This document shows positions 1-12,149 of a stretch of 64,000 nt of DNA, piece by piece. Position numbers and translations under genes: made by a program. The notes beneath the pieces are model-generated. The model saw only the letters and a program-made list of their open reading frames with translations. It ran no database searches and was not told the origin of the DNA. Source of the stretch: Lepidodermella squamata (taxonomy: Eukaryota > Animalia > Gastrotricha); the NCBI GenBank assembly GCA_047495785.1, contig JBLDXI010000024.1:2728001-2792000 (forward strand). The letters are read 5' to 3'. Every line of letters begins with the position of its first letter. Position 1 is the first letter of the stretch.

Positions 1-9
1 TCCCATGGA

Positions 10-333
10 ACGCCTCACACCTCGGGTAAAAAGTAACATAAAATCCTGGGAAGTATTGAGTGACAAAGGTACTAGGCCTCGCTTGAAGTGAAGATAAACA
101 ACTATTAACATGAAAGGTGCGTTCGTAGAGGTTTTGGAGGAGTAAAAGACAGCATACAATATTCTTGTATAAACTTCCATCCCAGCAGAACTCGCGTATT
201 CAGGGATAAATCGAACGCAAGGTGTCGCGTAATTCTATCGCACAATGAAAACAAAAAAGAGAATAGGTACTCATAGAACGAGAACTTGTTCACGGCGATC
301 TGCTACAATAAAATAACTTCGAAGCTGGAATAA
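10..333 (+). repeat. Duplicated 5'-flanking block of the PAN/CTL/kringle genes (other copies at about 638-957, 5805-5960 partial, 11797-12149)
   Basis: Shared blocks such as gcctcacac..ggtaa, tcgagtga, gtgaagataaacaac, atcgaacgca.ggtgtcgcg and aacttcgaagctg precede each ATG. Confidence 0.8.
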
Positions 334-472
334 ATGATATCTCTGATTAATTTTCTCCTTAATCTAATATTTTAACCAGGATTGGGTTGCCAGCCCACAA
401 TTTGCGAACTTGATGCCATTAACAATGAGTCCGATTTAAGAAGTAGAGGTCAAAATTTCCGGGAAATGATTC
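334..472 (+). pseudogene. Truncated exon-1 relic of the PAN/CTL/kringle gene
   Basis: After ATG 334 the sequence reads ..DWVASPQFANLMPLTMSPI*EVEVKISGK*F, matching DWVARPEFANMLPSTLSPIFEVEAKISGECF of the intact copies but with stops. Homology is lost after about 472. Confidence 0.85.
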
Positions 473-957
473 ATCCACAAGAACACGTAACTTACTGAAA
501 GATCATTTCCTTGCTGTGTTGATTGTTCTGTTATTCTAGAATCGATAAGAATAATTATCTGAGAGTTCGTTCTTTCATGTTTTCCGTAATAATTTATTCC
601 GCATGGAAAAGTGCCGAATCGTTTCCAAGGAGCCCCTCACGCCTCAGGTAAAATTGCAACAACAACTCCAGGGAAATATCGAGTGATAAGTATACTGGGC
701 CTTGCTTCGTGTGAAGGTAAACATCTTGTAACATGGAGTTGTAAACATAGAATTAGACGAGGTGAAAAAATTGACTGCAATTTTCTTGGAGAAATTACCA
801 TCCCCGCCCGTAACTCGCACATTCTGGAAAAAATCGAACGCAGGGTGTCGCGCAATTGTTTCGCGCTATAAAAACAATTAAAGGAACAGGATACTAAAAG
901 AACCAGAACTTGTTTGCTACGACTTGCTACAATAAAAGTTCTTCGACGCTGGAGTAC

Positions 958-3873
958 ATGTTAGCCTTAATTACTATCCTGATTCATCTACCAAGTCTGG
1001 CCGCAAGGCCAAATGAAGATTGGGTTGCGCGGCCGGAATTTGCGAACATGCTGCCATCAACATTGAGCCCCATTTTCGAAGTTGAGGCTAAAATATCTGG
1101 CGAGTGCTTTGTCTACTGCCAGATGAAAGACTGCGACAGCGTGGCTTACAGCATTTCATTCAAATCATGCAAACTGTATCAGCATCCGCCTAATGTAACG
1201 ACGCCCCTTCCTCCTCTAATACCAGACCCGCAATTCCAGCACCAAATGTACCACAAACGACAGTTTTGCCCACCCGACTGGGTAATGGACCCAGATAGCA
1301 ATATCTGCTATTACATGAATGGAATGAACACCATGCTCGACCGCAATTCGGCATGGAAGTATTGCGAAGAGGCCCATGGCTCAGTTCTGGTAACGTTTGA
1401 AACACCCTCACAGCGATCCTTTCTTTATTCGGTTAAGAATGAACTAATATAGTTTCTAAATCCTAAAATAACGAGGCTACTGTAATGCTCACAGGTTCTG
1501 AGAAACAGCTATAGCACTATTTCGAAGTGGTGGACTGGCTACGCTTTGTTCGATTCAAATCTTTGGAGCCGCCCTGTGGAAGAAATCAACGGTTACGTAA
1601 AACGGCGAGGCGATTGCATGGGGAATGATATAACAACGCCAGCGTGCCAATTAGTCTCAGGCCCTCAACAGTGCGCTGATCGCTGCAATCGAATATATGG
1701 CAGTCAATGTGTTGCGTTCACCTACTTGAAATTAACCAAAATGTGCTGCCTGAAGTACAGCTCTTGTGAGAACCCTGCAGCGGATCTGACATCTGAGATC
1801 TGGGTTTACGAAAAGGTTAACGCTGACCGCCCGCCAAGTTACTCTACCACCGTCCAGTGTGGCAATATTGACATGAAATCAATACCAAACACTACTTTTA
1901 AGCAGTGCAGGGATGCTTGCCAGGCAACTATGAGCTGCATTTCATTTACGTTCTACTTGGGCACTTGCTATCTGAAGTACAAGTCATGCTTCGACGTTGA
2001 CAAGACCGCAGCTGCGAATATGGTCTTCTACGAATACGGCATCACCAACCCGGGCGTCTGTCCATTCGGTCAGCGTTACAGGGACGTCTGCCTCTCCCTC
2101 CATAAAGGCTATACAACTTTTTCTGCAGCTGCTACAAGCTGCCGTAAGATGGGTGGTAAACTGATGACCCCGACAGGCACTATCAAGCACTCCCTAGTTT
2201 GGAATTACTTGAGTAGACGACTTTCGGCAAAGCGAGATGGCTGGATTGATTGGGTGGATGATGGTCACGAGGGTAACTGGACGACGATGGATGGCAGCTT
2301 GACGTTGCTCGATCCACTATACGATCGATGGCGCTGGTTGTCGGGGTGAGTTGATTAAACTTCAATCTCTAGAATCCTGAAGTATATTAACCCAGAGAGC
2401 CTAATGGCGGGACCAGTGAAAACTTCGGCATTGTATCTTATTACTATACCAATACTGTTAACGGCTATTCGATTCCTCCCATGATCGATGTCAATCCAAA
2501 CGGCGCTAGATGGCCACTTTGCGAAACGCGTAATAAGATCTATTTGCAGCTTATTATTATTATGTCACATGACAAATGCTTTTTTAAGCAATATCCATGT
2601 CTTGGCCTGATTCTTGCCGTTTCACGCCGAATGGCCGTGAATACTATGGAACTGTGTCACAAACTGTCAGTGGTGTCACTTGTCGGACTTGGGATCACGT
2701 CAACAACACCTACAGAGCTAACTGGCAAGCCTATTCAGACTGGTACTTGAGCCATTCGTACTGCCGCAATCCAGACCCGAGCCTATTCAACAACAGCGTG
2801 TGGTGTTATCGAAGCGACAATGGCCAACCTGAGGCCTGCGACGTACCCATGTGCCGTAAGTTTTCAATCTCAAGTTAGCGCGTCCCAAATAGCAAATTAG
2901 GAAGGTTGGAGTAATAGACGGTTTGGTGGAATTTGATGTCAACCATTTCCTTATTCCCCATAGTATTCTAGAGGTGAAATTTGCAGCGACTTTCTGCAAT
3001 TTTCTGCCCGCAGAGGGCTTTTATGTTAATAAAACTGCGACATGACATATTAAGTTTTTTCTAATTTAGCGCATTTTAATTTCTGAATTTTCAATACATC
3101 AATGTAAAGGACATCAGATTAGGCGGTGGGCAAGTTTAAAATGCAAGAAGGAGAATGTCGCATATAAATTCACACCATTCCCAAAATGTCAGTCCTAAAA
3201 TTCACTCGCAACCTCTGCAGCCAAACAACAATATTAACACACATCACAATCTCTTTCTCATTCTTAGCCGAGTCTGACTGGGCTAACGGGCAGATATTCA
3301 ACAGTGTCTGGTATCCTCATGCAGCCATATCGAGTTCGCCTACAGCTTCAGAAGGTTACGACTGGACCACGGAGCCGCTGACTGGGACTGCTAATGCGTT
3401 ATGCGAAATGAAGGCTGTGGACTGGTGCCCGTACTACTTCAAAGGTAGTTGCTACAAGCTGTACAGCATACCGGCGACTTATGATGAGGCAAATGCTATC
3501 TGCAAGAAAAACATGTGGCACCTGGTTTCGATCACCACCTACGACGAGCAGCAGTTTATTCAGAGTTTCACGATGAACGCTGGAAGTACGCTCAAAATCA
3601 TCAAGAGATTAGATAAGATCTCATGTTCCGAATATTTTTCTAGGAATGTATTTCGGCACGGGATTTCTGTGGATCGGACTGCGAAACTATGGGAGTATCC
3701 CATCGGCAACATGGGAGAATGGCGAGCCTGTGACTTCTCTTTACTACAACCCTGGAGAGCCGAACGGCGGTAACTCATGCACTGGTATTTGGCAGGACAA
3801 AGCTGGGCTCTGGGACGATACGCCGTGTTCTAGCAGGTGCTTTTTCATTTGCGAGACTGAACTTGGCAAATGA
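958..3873 (+). CDS. Secreted mosaic lectin copy 1: signal peptide-PAN-CTL(N-half)-PAN-PAN-CTL-kringle-CTL(C-half)-CTL. Exons 958-1431, 1495-2345, 2396-2529, 2589-2855, 3268-3585, 3644-3873
   Basis: GT-AG introns keep the frame. PAN C-x3-C..C..F/Y..C.L pattern, kringle (EYYGTVSQT.SG..C..W, YCRNPD, WCY, CDVPMC), terminal CTL with WIGL/EPN/WDD/FICE. Confidence 0.9.
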
Positions 3874-5960
3874 GATTGACAAAAGCGAAGAATCATTCTT
3901 CACTGGACAATCATGAGCTATAACGTTATAGATGAATGACATTTTCGTCCAGATTTCTGAAGGAATTCGACTAGGTAATTCCTTGCAGCAAAAAATGAAA
4001 TGAAAACAGGGGTATACAGATTACGTGCAGATGTATTAGGTAGAAGCCGAATATATGTTGATCAGTAGCATTCGCAGTCGACTTTGATCGCGCACAAGCA
4101 TACTTGATATACTCCAGTAATTTGTGCACGCTTTTAATCACGTAAAAAAGGCCGGGGACGACCTCCAGTTTTTTCCAAGGCAGACCTGACCTTCTCCTCT
4201 CTGTCGACGGACCGGAGCAAAGGCTAGTTCAAGTAGACTAAAATTAAGTGTGATTCTTTTCGGATTAAACTAAATTTTTCAATGATCTGCCTTAAAATAA
4301 TAATGCAATCGCGGTGTGGAAATTCAAAATGAACTCTACCCATGCTTCATCTAATAAGAGCTCTCAATTTTTGTAAAACTTTCCTTTAAACAACACCCAA
4401 AGAACTGATATCCCGATAATTTAGCATATCAATTTTTCGCCTTTACTTTTATTGACAGGAATAAGGCACAATCCGATTAGAGACAATTGGTAAAGATAAG
4501 GATGACGGCCTTTCTAAAGTCGACCATCCATGTGATAGGACAGAAAGTTTGAGAAACGGATCAGAGCTTGTCTAACAGTCATTAGTAGCCATCAGGACGC
4601 AAAGGACGGGGGTTATGAAGGACATCGTACCTCGTACCCCACAGTTCGGAAGGTCAAGGTGGAAAACACCTAACAGACCTCAGACCACAGCAGAGCCCAG
4701 AGGGGCCCTTTTGGTCATATAATTTAGGCCCAAAAATACCTCAGCTCGAGCATCCTACTTCGCGCACTGTTCGATTTTCGCTTCGACAAAGTATCATTGC
4801 GGTCTCCTTGCTGGTTGTTGAAAAGTTGAGCCAGTCGACTCAGAGGGGCTTAAGCAACACGTGAATCACAGCTGGTGAATCGCAACTGCGGTAATACATC
4901 TACGGCGAAGCCTCGAAGACGCTAACCACTCGCGGATCCCATCCATCGCCCATGAGATGAATGAAAATAATGAGGCGACCACCAGGATACGTTACCGATT
5001 TTGTCTTACCGGAGCCATGCAATGGAAAGGGCGTCCCTTGCGAGGCGATACAACCACATGAAACGCAAAAGAGGGTTCCTTTGGTACGTCGGCACTGCGC
5101 TTTTTACGCACGCGCTCGAGTGCTCTTTGAACGGGCCGAAAGTTGAGACGTGGTCACGCTGAGCGGGACGACAATTGTAGATAGCATATAGCATCTTGAC
5201 GAATGTCGCATGGGTGGTTGCCTCTCCAGTGCTGTATTAATCAATGAAATCCTCACATATACGCAACACTGTAAATTGTCATGTGGCATAGCTCACGGGT
5301 CAGACTCGTTGTTAGGGTCTCGCCGCGACTCGAAATCAATAGAAGGTACAGCGCGTTTGGGACATAAGAATGAGTCATTATTCCTATTGTGAATTGATTG
5401 CGCGCACTTCGGGATTCTTGCTGCGTAGTTAGGAATTGTTACTGCGCACGGAGGTGAGCCGATACCGATTTGACGTTTGTGCGTTGATCAATTCGCGACT
5501 GGTGTCGAAAATATGAATAAACAATTTGATCTTATTAGTGTTGAGTGTTTAATCCGACGACACTTCAACGGGCGGCTCCAAAGGTTTGAATCAGACAATG
5601 CGTTCACAACTTCGGCTAAATCGATGAATGATTTCCGCTTTGCTTATAAACGTGCAGCCATCATGGCCCGGCAAAGAAAATACTAATTTAATTATTAACC
5701 GGTTAACCATGCACGCGTTATGTTGAATGTTAAAGGACTAAACCATCTTTCTTGTTTTTTTGGCACATCCCTTCCTAAGTGGAAAGATCACACCCCTAAT
5801 TGCTATCGTATATTCAGCGATAAATCGATCACAAGGTGTCGATTAGTTCGGCGCAGTTGTTGCAGCACTATCCAAAAAAAGTAGGAGAAAATCCTAAGTA
5901 ACGACTTGATTACGGGAATTAGCATCAGCTTAACTGCGTATAACTTCGAAGCTGCAAAAA

Positions 5961-8900
5961 ATGTGGAAAATTTTTGCGCTTCTCTCATATCTGCCGATTC
6001 TGGCCGCTAAGCCAAATGAGGATTGGGTTGCCAGGCCAGAATTTGCGAACATGTTGCCATCAACATTGAGCCCGATTTTCGAAGTGGAGGCAAAAATATC
6101 TGGCGAGTGCTTTGTCTACTGCCAGATAAAAGACTGCGACAGCGTGGCTTACAGCATTTCATTCAAATCATGCAAACTGTATCAACATCCACCAAATGTA
6201 ACGACACCTCTACCACCACTGAGACCTGACCTCAATTATCAGCACCAAATGTACCACAAACGACAGTTTTGCCCGCCTGATTGGGTAATGGACCCAGATA
6301 GCAACATTTGCTATTACATGAATGGAATGAACACCATGGTTGATCGCAACTCGGCATGGAAGTTTTGTGAAGAGGCACATGGGTCGACATTAATCACATT
6401 CGAGACCCCGCAACAGCGAAATTTTCTATACACGGTAAAGTTCTTCCGTCCTATTCTGTTGGTGCCCGAGCCCGCGGTCCTTAAGATGTCGATAAACCAT
6501 TCCGCGGCTTTACCATTCCGCGATCGGGCCCCTCTATAACGCGCCCGTATGCGGACGTTTCCTGAAAATTAAATTCAACTAATTTAAAGTTGGTTGAATA
6601 TGATTCTAATCTTCTTGTCGATAAGGCATTATGTAATGTTTACGAAGCATTTTTATCAATCTCTGCAGCTGTGGCAATTGAAAAGGTTTTAGGGCTAGAT
6701 TTTGGCAAGTCGTTGTATAACTGGATTTAGGCTCGTTTACATCCATTTCAAGTTCACGGGTGACTAGTAAAAAGCGGCTTTTTTAACGCGAATGAAGAAG
6801 CAGATACAAATGACTTTTTAATGGCCATTTATCTCCTTGAAATGGATAAAAATGAGCCTAAATCCGAGTTATTCAACGACGCTTTTTAATAGCTAATCGA
6901 CGTCATAATATCGCCTAGTTTCACGTTTCTAACACATTGCAACCCGAAATTTTGAAACCAACATCGAACCAACATGTTTTTAATCGTAATTATTTCAGGT
7001 ACTCCAAAGCAGCTACAGCACTATTTCGAAGTGGTGGACTGGTTATGCTTTGTTTGACTCGAACCTTTGGAGCCGCCCTGTTGAAGAGATCAACGGGTAC
7101 GTCAAGCGACGAGGCGATTGTCCGGGAAATGACATAACAACTCCAGGGTGTCAAGCAGTCTCAGGCGCTCAACAGTGCGCTGATCGCTGCAATCGAATAT
7201 ATGGCAGTCAATGCGTGGCGTTCGTTTACGTGAAATTGACCAAAATGTGCTGCATGAAGTACAGTTCTTGCGAGAACCCTGCAGCTGATCTGACATCTGA
7301 AATCTGGGTCTATGAAAAAGTTAACGCTGACCGCCCGCCAAGTTACACCACAACCCAGTGCTACGGCGGTGACCTGAAATCAATACCAGGCGTTACTTTG
7401 AAGCAGTGCATCGATGCTTGTAAGGGCATTATGAACTGTATTGCCTTTTCATACCAGTCACCGACTTGCTATTTGAAGTACAAGTCATGCTATGACATAG
7501 CTAAGACGGCAGCAACGAATGTATTCTACTATGAATTCGGCATAACTAACCCGGGTGTTTGTCCATTCGGTCAGCGTTACAGGGACGTCTGCCTCGCCCT
7601 CCATAAAGGCTATACAACTTTTTCAGCGGCAGCAACCAACTGCCGCAAAATGGGCGGAAAACTGATAACCCCAGCTGGTTTGATAAAACAATCTCTGGTT
7701 TACCAATATATCAATCGGCTGCCGACATTGAGAGATGGCTGGTGTGATTACCTGGATGATGGTCACGAGGGTAACTGGACGACGATTGATGGCAGTTTGA
7801 CGCTGCTCAACCCGCTCTACGATCGATGGCGATGGGGAAATGGGTAGCAATATTGAACTTTTGAAATTCCAAATACAGAAACCATATTGATATTAATTTA
7901 GAGAGCCTAATGGCGGGACCAATGAAAATTTTGGTGGAATTAGCTATGGATCTACTACTGTTAACGGCTATCAGATTGATCCCATTTTCGACGTCAATCC
8001 AAACGGCGCTAGATGGCCACTTTGCGAAACGCGTAATTTGACCTATTTACATCAGGTTATCATGTCATTTGACAAAATTGTTTTTCAAGCAATATCCATG
8101 TCGTGGCCTGATTCTTGCCGTTTCACCCCGAATGGCCGTGAATACTATGGAACTGTGTCGCAAACTGTTAGCGGGATGACATGTCGCACATGGGATCACG
8201 TTAACAACACCTACAGAGCTAACTGGCAAGCCTATCCAGACTGGTACCTGAGCCATTCTTACTGCCGGAACCCAGACCCGAACCTGTTCAATAACAGCGT
8301 GTGGTGTTATCGAAGCGACAACGGCCAACCAGAAGCCTGCGATGTACCCATGTGCCGTAAGTTGTCAACCATGAGTTCTAGTTATTATTTAAATAAAGAA
8401 GATAGGAAGAAACATAATTGAGGGCTTGGCAGAATTTGATGCCCACGCAGTTCAGACATTAACGTCTTACACATTTTATGCCATACGTGTATCATATGTT
8501 TAGTAGAAACTGGAGCAGACATTCTTCTGCCCAAAAAGGGGTGATGAGGGGTGAGGAACACAATAACGAAACTGTTCGAAGTTTTTCGTGTTTATGTAGT
8601 TTTTCCTTCAAATTGAAGCAAAGTTTCCATCCATTCTGAATTTACGTCTGTAGTACACAGGGTCGCCCCTTGATCGATACCATTATCAAAGATAAATCTC
8701 CCAGCTCAGCATCGCTTTCTTAACGGAAATAAGCTAATTGATATACCGATATTCATTCATAAATGACTTTCTTCACTTTCACAGCCGAGTCTGACTGGGC
8801 AAATGGTCAGATTTTCAACAGCGTCTTTTACCCACATGCTGCCATATCGAGTTCGCCAACGGCTTCAGACGGCTACGAGTGGACCACAGAGCCATTGGCT

Positions 8901-9395
8901 GGTTCTGCAAATGCCTTGTGTAAAATGAAGGCTGACGATTGGTGCCCGTACTACTTTAAAGGCAGCTGTTACAAGATATACAACGTTCTGGCAACTTACG
9001 ATGAGGCCAGCGCAATATGCAAGAAAAACAAGTGGCACCTTGTTTCGATCACCACCTACGACGAGCAGCAGTTTATTCGGAGTTTCACAATGTCAGCAGG
9101 AAGTGAGTTATTATGTCTGTAAACCGACATCAGCATAGTTTTATGTAAAAATTCGCCGACAGGAACTTATTTCAATCCGGATGTTTTTTGGATTGGAATG
9201 CGAAATTCAGCAAGCGTTCCATATTCAACTTGGGACAACGGCGAGGCAACAACGGTTGTTTACTATGAACCAGGCGAGCCTAATGACGGTGGCACTTCTT
9301 GCGCTGGCATTTGGCAGAGCAGAACCGGCTATTGGATCGATCTTTCTTGTGCAACGAGGTACTTCTTCATTTGTGAAACTGAGATCGGCAAATGA
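5961..9395 (+). CDS. Secreted mosaic lectin copy 2. Exons 5961-6434, 6999-7843, 7902-8032, 8090-8356, 8785-9102, 9163-9395
   Basis: Same exon phases and domains as copy 1, open frame throughout. Intron 1 is expanded to 564 bp. Confidence 0.9.
6709..6880. mobile_element. MITE-like inverted-repeat element in intron 1 of lectin copy 2
   Basis: About 44-bp imperfect IR: gtcgttgtataactggatttaggctcgtttacatccatttcaag / cttgaaatggataaaaatgagcctaaatccgagttattcaacgac. Absent from the short intron 1 of copies 1 and 3. Confidence 0.6.
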
Positions 9396-9640
9396 GATCT
9401 CGTTACAAGCAAAGGAAACTTTTACTTATTCACGACTTATGTTAGCTAAACTTGCTGAAAAATATGAGCTGGAAGTATCTCTTTCTGTTGCTTTTATGAA
9501 GGAATGAGCCAACCAATGAAATTAATTCCTGATCAATAATTCAAATCTCAAAAATAAAGTGATGAGATAAATACCCGATTAGGGTGAATATTAAGTAAAA
9601 AAGAGAGCGACCGTAGGTTGCTTCTAACAACAACTTTATT

Positions 9641-9805
9641 ACCACTGTCGGCCTTCCGCCTTTGACAGTTGACGGAGAACACCCCGTTTTTTAAGCGGGG
9701 ACTCATATCCTCCTTGATGCATTTTTTAAGCGGGCACTCATATCCTCCTTGACGTACGGACACACGTAACGAAGACGACCCACGACAACGGGGTGTTCCC
9801 CGTCA
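9641..9805. mobile_element. 165-bp non-autonomous Helentron/HINE-like element inserted in the left pLTR
   Basis: Absent from the right pLTR (empty site caactttatttttaatttt). Asymmetric IR tgacggagaacaccccgtt (9670-9688) / aacggggtgttccccgtca (9787-9805), terminal hairpin actgtc..gacagt, inserted in a T-run, internal 31-bp direct repeat. Confidence 0.65.
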
Positions 9806-9817
9806 TTTTTAATTTTA

Positions 9818-9855
9818 AGCGACGTTCCGGCCCTTGCGCGGACCATCATCAGGCT
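9818..9855 (-). ncRNA. Minimal type-I hammerhead ribozyme motif in the left pLTR
   Basis: Reverse complement reads agc CTGATGA t ggtcc-gcgcaa-gggcc GGAA cGTC gct. Confidence 0.7.
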
Positions 9856-11106
9856 ATAACAAAGAAAAAGCATAACAAGAATTAGTACAGTAAAAGGACG
9901 AAATCACAACAAAGAATCAGGATAAAATATCAAAATAGTTTCAATTTTATGGAGTCGGACTGCACGTTGAGGCTCACAGCAATCTTCGTTTTCTTAATGA
10001 GTAAGCTCTCGTGCACCAAGCTGTCCCATCTGTTACGACACTTGCGTAACACCCTTAAATGGGCATGAATATTGAAGCTATTCGGCAGTTTGTGAGTGGC
10101 CAGATGTTTGCCAATTGAGCTTGACAAAAGTTTATGTTCCTCGACCCGTTGATGCAGGTGCCGTGAAGTCATACCGACGTAGCCAGCGTCGCACTGGCCA
10201 CATGAGAATTTGTACACGACACACTGGCGGTTGACGAGTTCAGGCTTGGTTTCCTTAGCTCCAAAATGCTCGGCGATCTTTCGGCTAGTGAACATGGCTT
10301 GAACAGCCACCTGGAGTTTTCCGGAGAGGTCATTCAATCTTGATGTGACCTGTCGCGCACATTTCTCGTCCTTGTATGGTATGACGAAGCGTACTGGCTC
10401 TGATTTCGCAACCTCAGTCGGAATCCCACGAGGGTAGACCTTGTCGACGAACGAAGCCAACAGTCTTTCGAACATCACCGAAGGGTATTGTAGATTTAGG
10501 AAGATTTTTCGCAGATGATCAACTTCCTTGTTGAATCCAAGCCAGTCACTGTTGAGTCGGTAGGCACGGTACAGCATGGTTTTGATTAGGCATTTTTGTA
10601 CTTCATGTCAGTGTGGCTGTGGGAGTGGAGAAGGAGCCCAGTATCGGTGGGCTTGTGGTATACTTCGGTCTTCAAGACTAATCCGGACGTTTTTACGAGG
10701 GCACCGCAGAAGGCAATCTGATTATTCTGCTCGATCTCCATGGTGAACTGCACTGACGGATGGAGCCCATTGAGTACATCAAGGAATTGGTTCGCAGCCG
10801 CGATGCCAGGCATGATTGTAAGAGTATCATCGACAAAGCGACGGTAAACCTGGGCAGCTTCTTGCTCCTGGTCCAGCATGCACATGAGAAGGCATTGGCC
10901 ATCAGTGGCCCCAGCGGCGAGCCCATCGCAACCCCTTCGACCTGCATATACAGTGAACCGTTGTAAGTGAAAACGAAGATTGCTGTGAGCCTCAACGTGC
11001 AGTCCGACTCCATAAAATTGAAACTATTTTGATATTTTATCCTGATTCTTTGTTGTGATTTCGTCCTTTTACTGTACTAATTCTTGTTATGCTTTTTCTT
11101 TGTTAT

Positions 11107-11144
11107 AGCCTGATGATGGTCCGCGCAAGGGCCGGAACGTCGCT
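11107..11144 (+). ncRNA. Minimal type-I hammerhead ribozyme motif in the inverted pLTR
   Basis: agc CTGATGA t ggtcc-gcgcaa-gggcc GGAA cGTC gct. Stem I agc/gct, 5-bp stem II, palindromic ACGT stem III. PLE pLTRs are known to carry such motifs. Confidence 0.7.
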
Positions 11145-12149
11145 CAAAATTAAAAATAAAGTTGTTGTTAGAAGCAACCTGCGGTCGCTCTCTTTTTTAC
11201 TTATTATGCTACTAAATTATACTTCAATTTGGCTAGCTATGAGTAATTCCTGCATGCGCTCGACCCCTTAAGGGTCCCTAAAAATGCAAAAAAGTACATC
11301 AGGGTGAATTAATGATGCGTAAGCATTTCCAGAAAGACGCGGGTCCTCCGTCTAAGGAATGTGATATCGTGGAAAAATTCCACAAATTGAGTGAATGTCT
11401 GCTAACAAATTTCGGTCAAAACGTCTTGCACATACTTTACTTCTTCATTTGTTAGAATGAGATTGGCAGATGAAATATTAGATTGGGAAGATCAGCAAGC
11501 GGGAACATGCTAAGAATTGATGAAGCCCCTTTAACAGACCAAAAGACACGTGGCATTACTTATTAGGTATTGTTGCAAAAAATTGGTTAACAGAAATACT
11601 GGCAGCTTCCGTATACGACCTTTTCCGTATTCGATAATAGGAATAATAATATGTTGTTTCAATTTAGCATTTCATGTCAATTTGAATAAAGCTTTTTTAT
11701 CAGGCACGCCAAATATTAAGATTCATGTATGTCTTATAAATTTCACTGGAATTATAATAGCTCATTCTAACGATCTAGTTCTGTCGTTTTCTAGCGGCGC
11801 CTCACACCTTAGGTAAGAAGAAACATAGATCTCCCGGGAGATATCGAGTGATATGTGTACTTCATGTGAAGATAAACAACATGTAACGTAAAAAACTAGC
11901 TAGTCTTAGGTGGAAAAGTAGAAACATTCTGCAAACTGATTGGATTGTATTTATAGGTTGAGAATCTTGAGGACAGTGATATAATATTCCAGAGAAACGT
12001 TGATCCCTGTCTAACTCTCTTATCCAGCGAAAAATCGAACGTGAAGTGTCGGGTAATTTAGCGCGAATTCGATCGCACTACACAAACAATAAAAAAGAGA
12101 ACAGGGATCTAAAAGACGTGGAATTTCTCTTGCAATAAAGCTGCAATAA

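Larger units (their letters stand above)
9592..11203 (-). mobile_element. 5'-truncated Penelope-like retroelement (RT C-terminal part + GIY-YIG endonuclease) with inverted pseudo-LTRs
   Basis: RT motifs QVEGVAMGSPLGPLMAN, YRRFVDD and VYHKPTDTG..L..HSH. GIY-YIG VVYKFSCGQCDAGYVGMT.R.L..R..EH. 10969-11203 is the reverse complement of 9592-9993 (minus an insert). Frameshifts near 10885 and 10586. Confidence 0.93.

Noticed and set aside
4300-5400. Possible LTR-retrotransposon remnant (RRPPGYVTDFVL resembles the end of Gypsy integrases)
   Set aside because: Only one short motif. No paired LTRs, PBS or recognisable integrase core found
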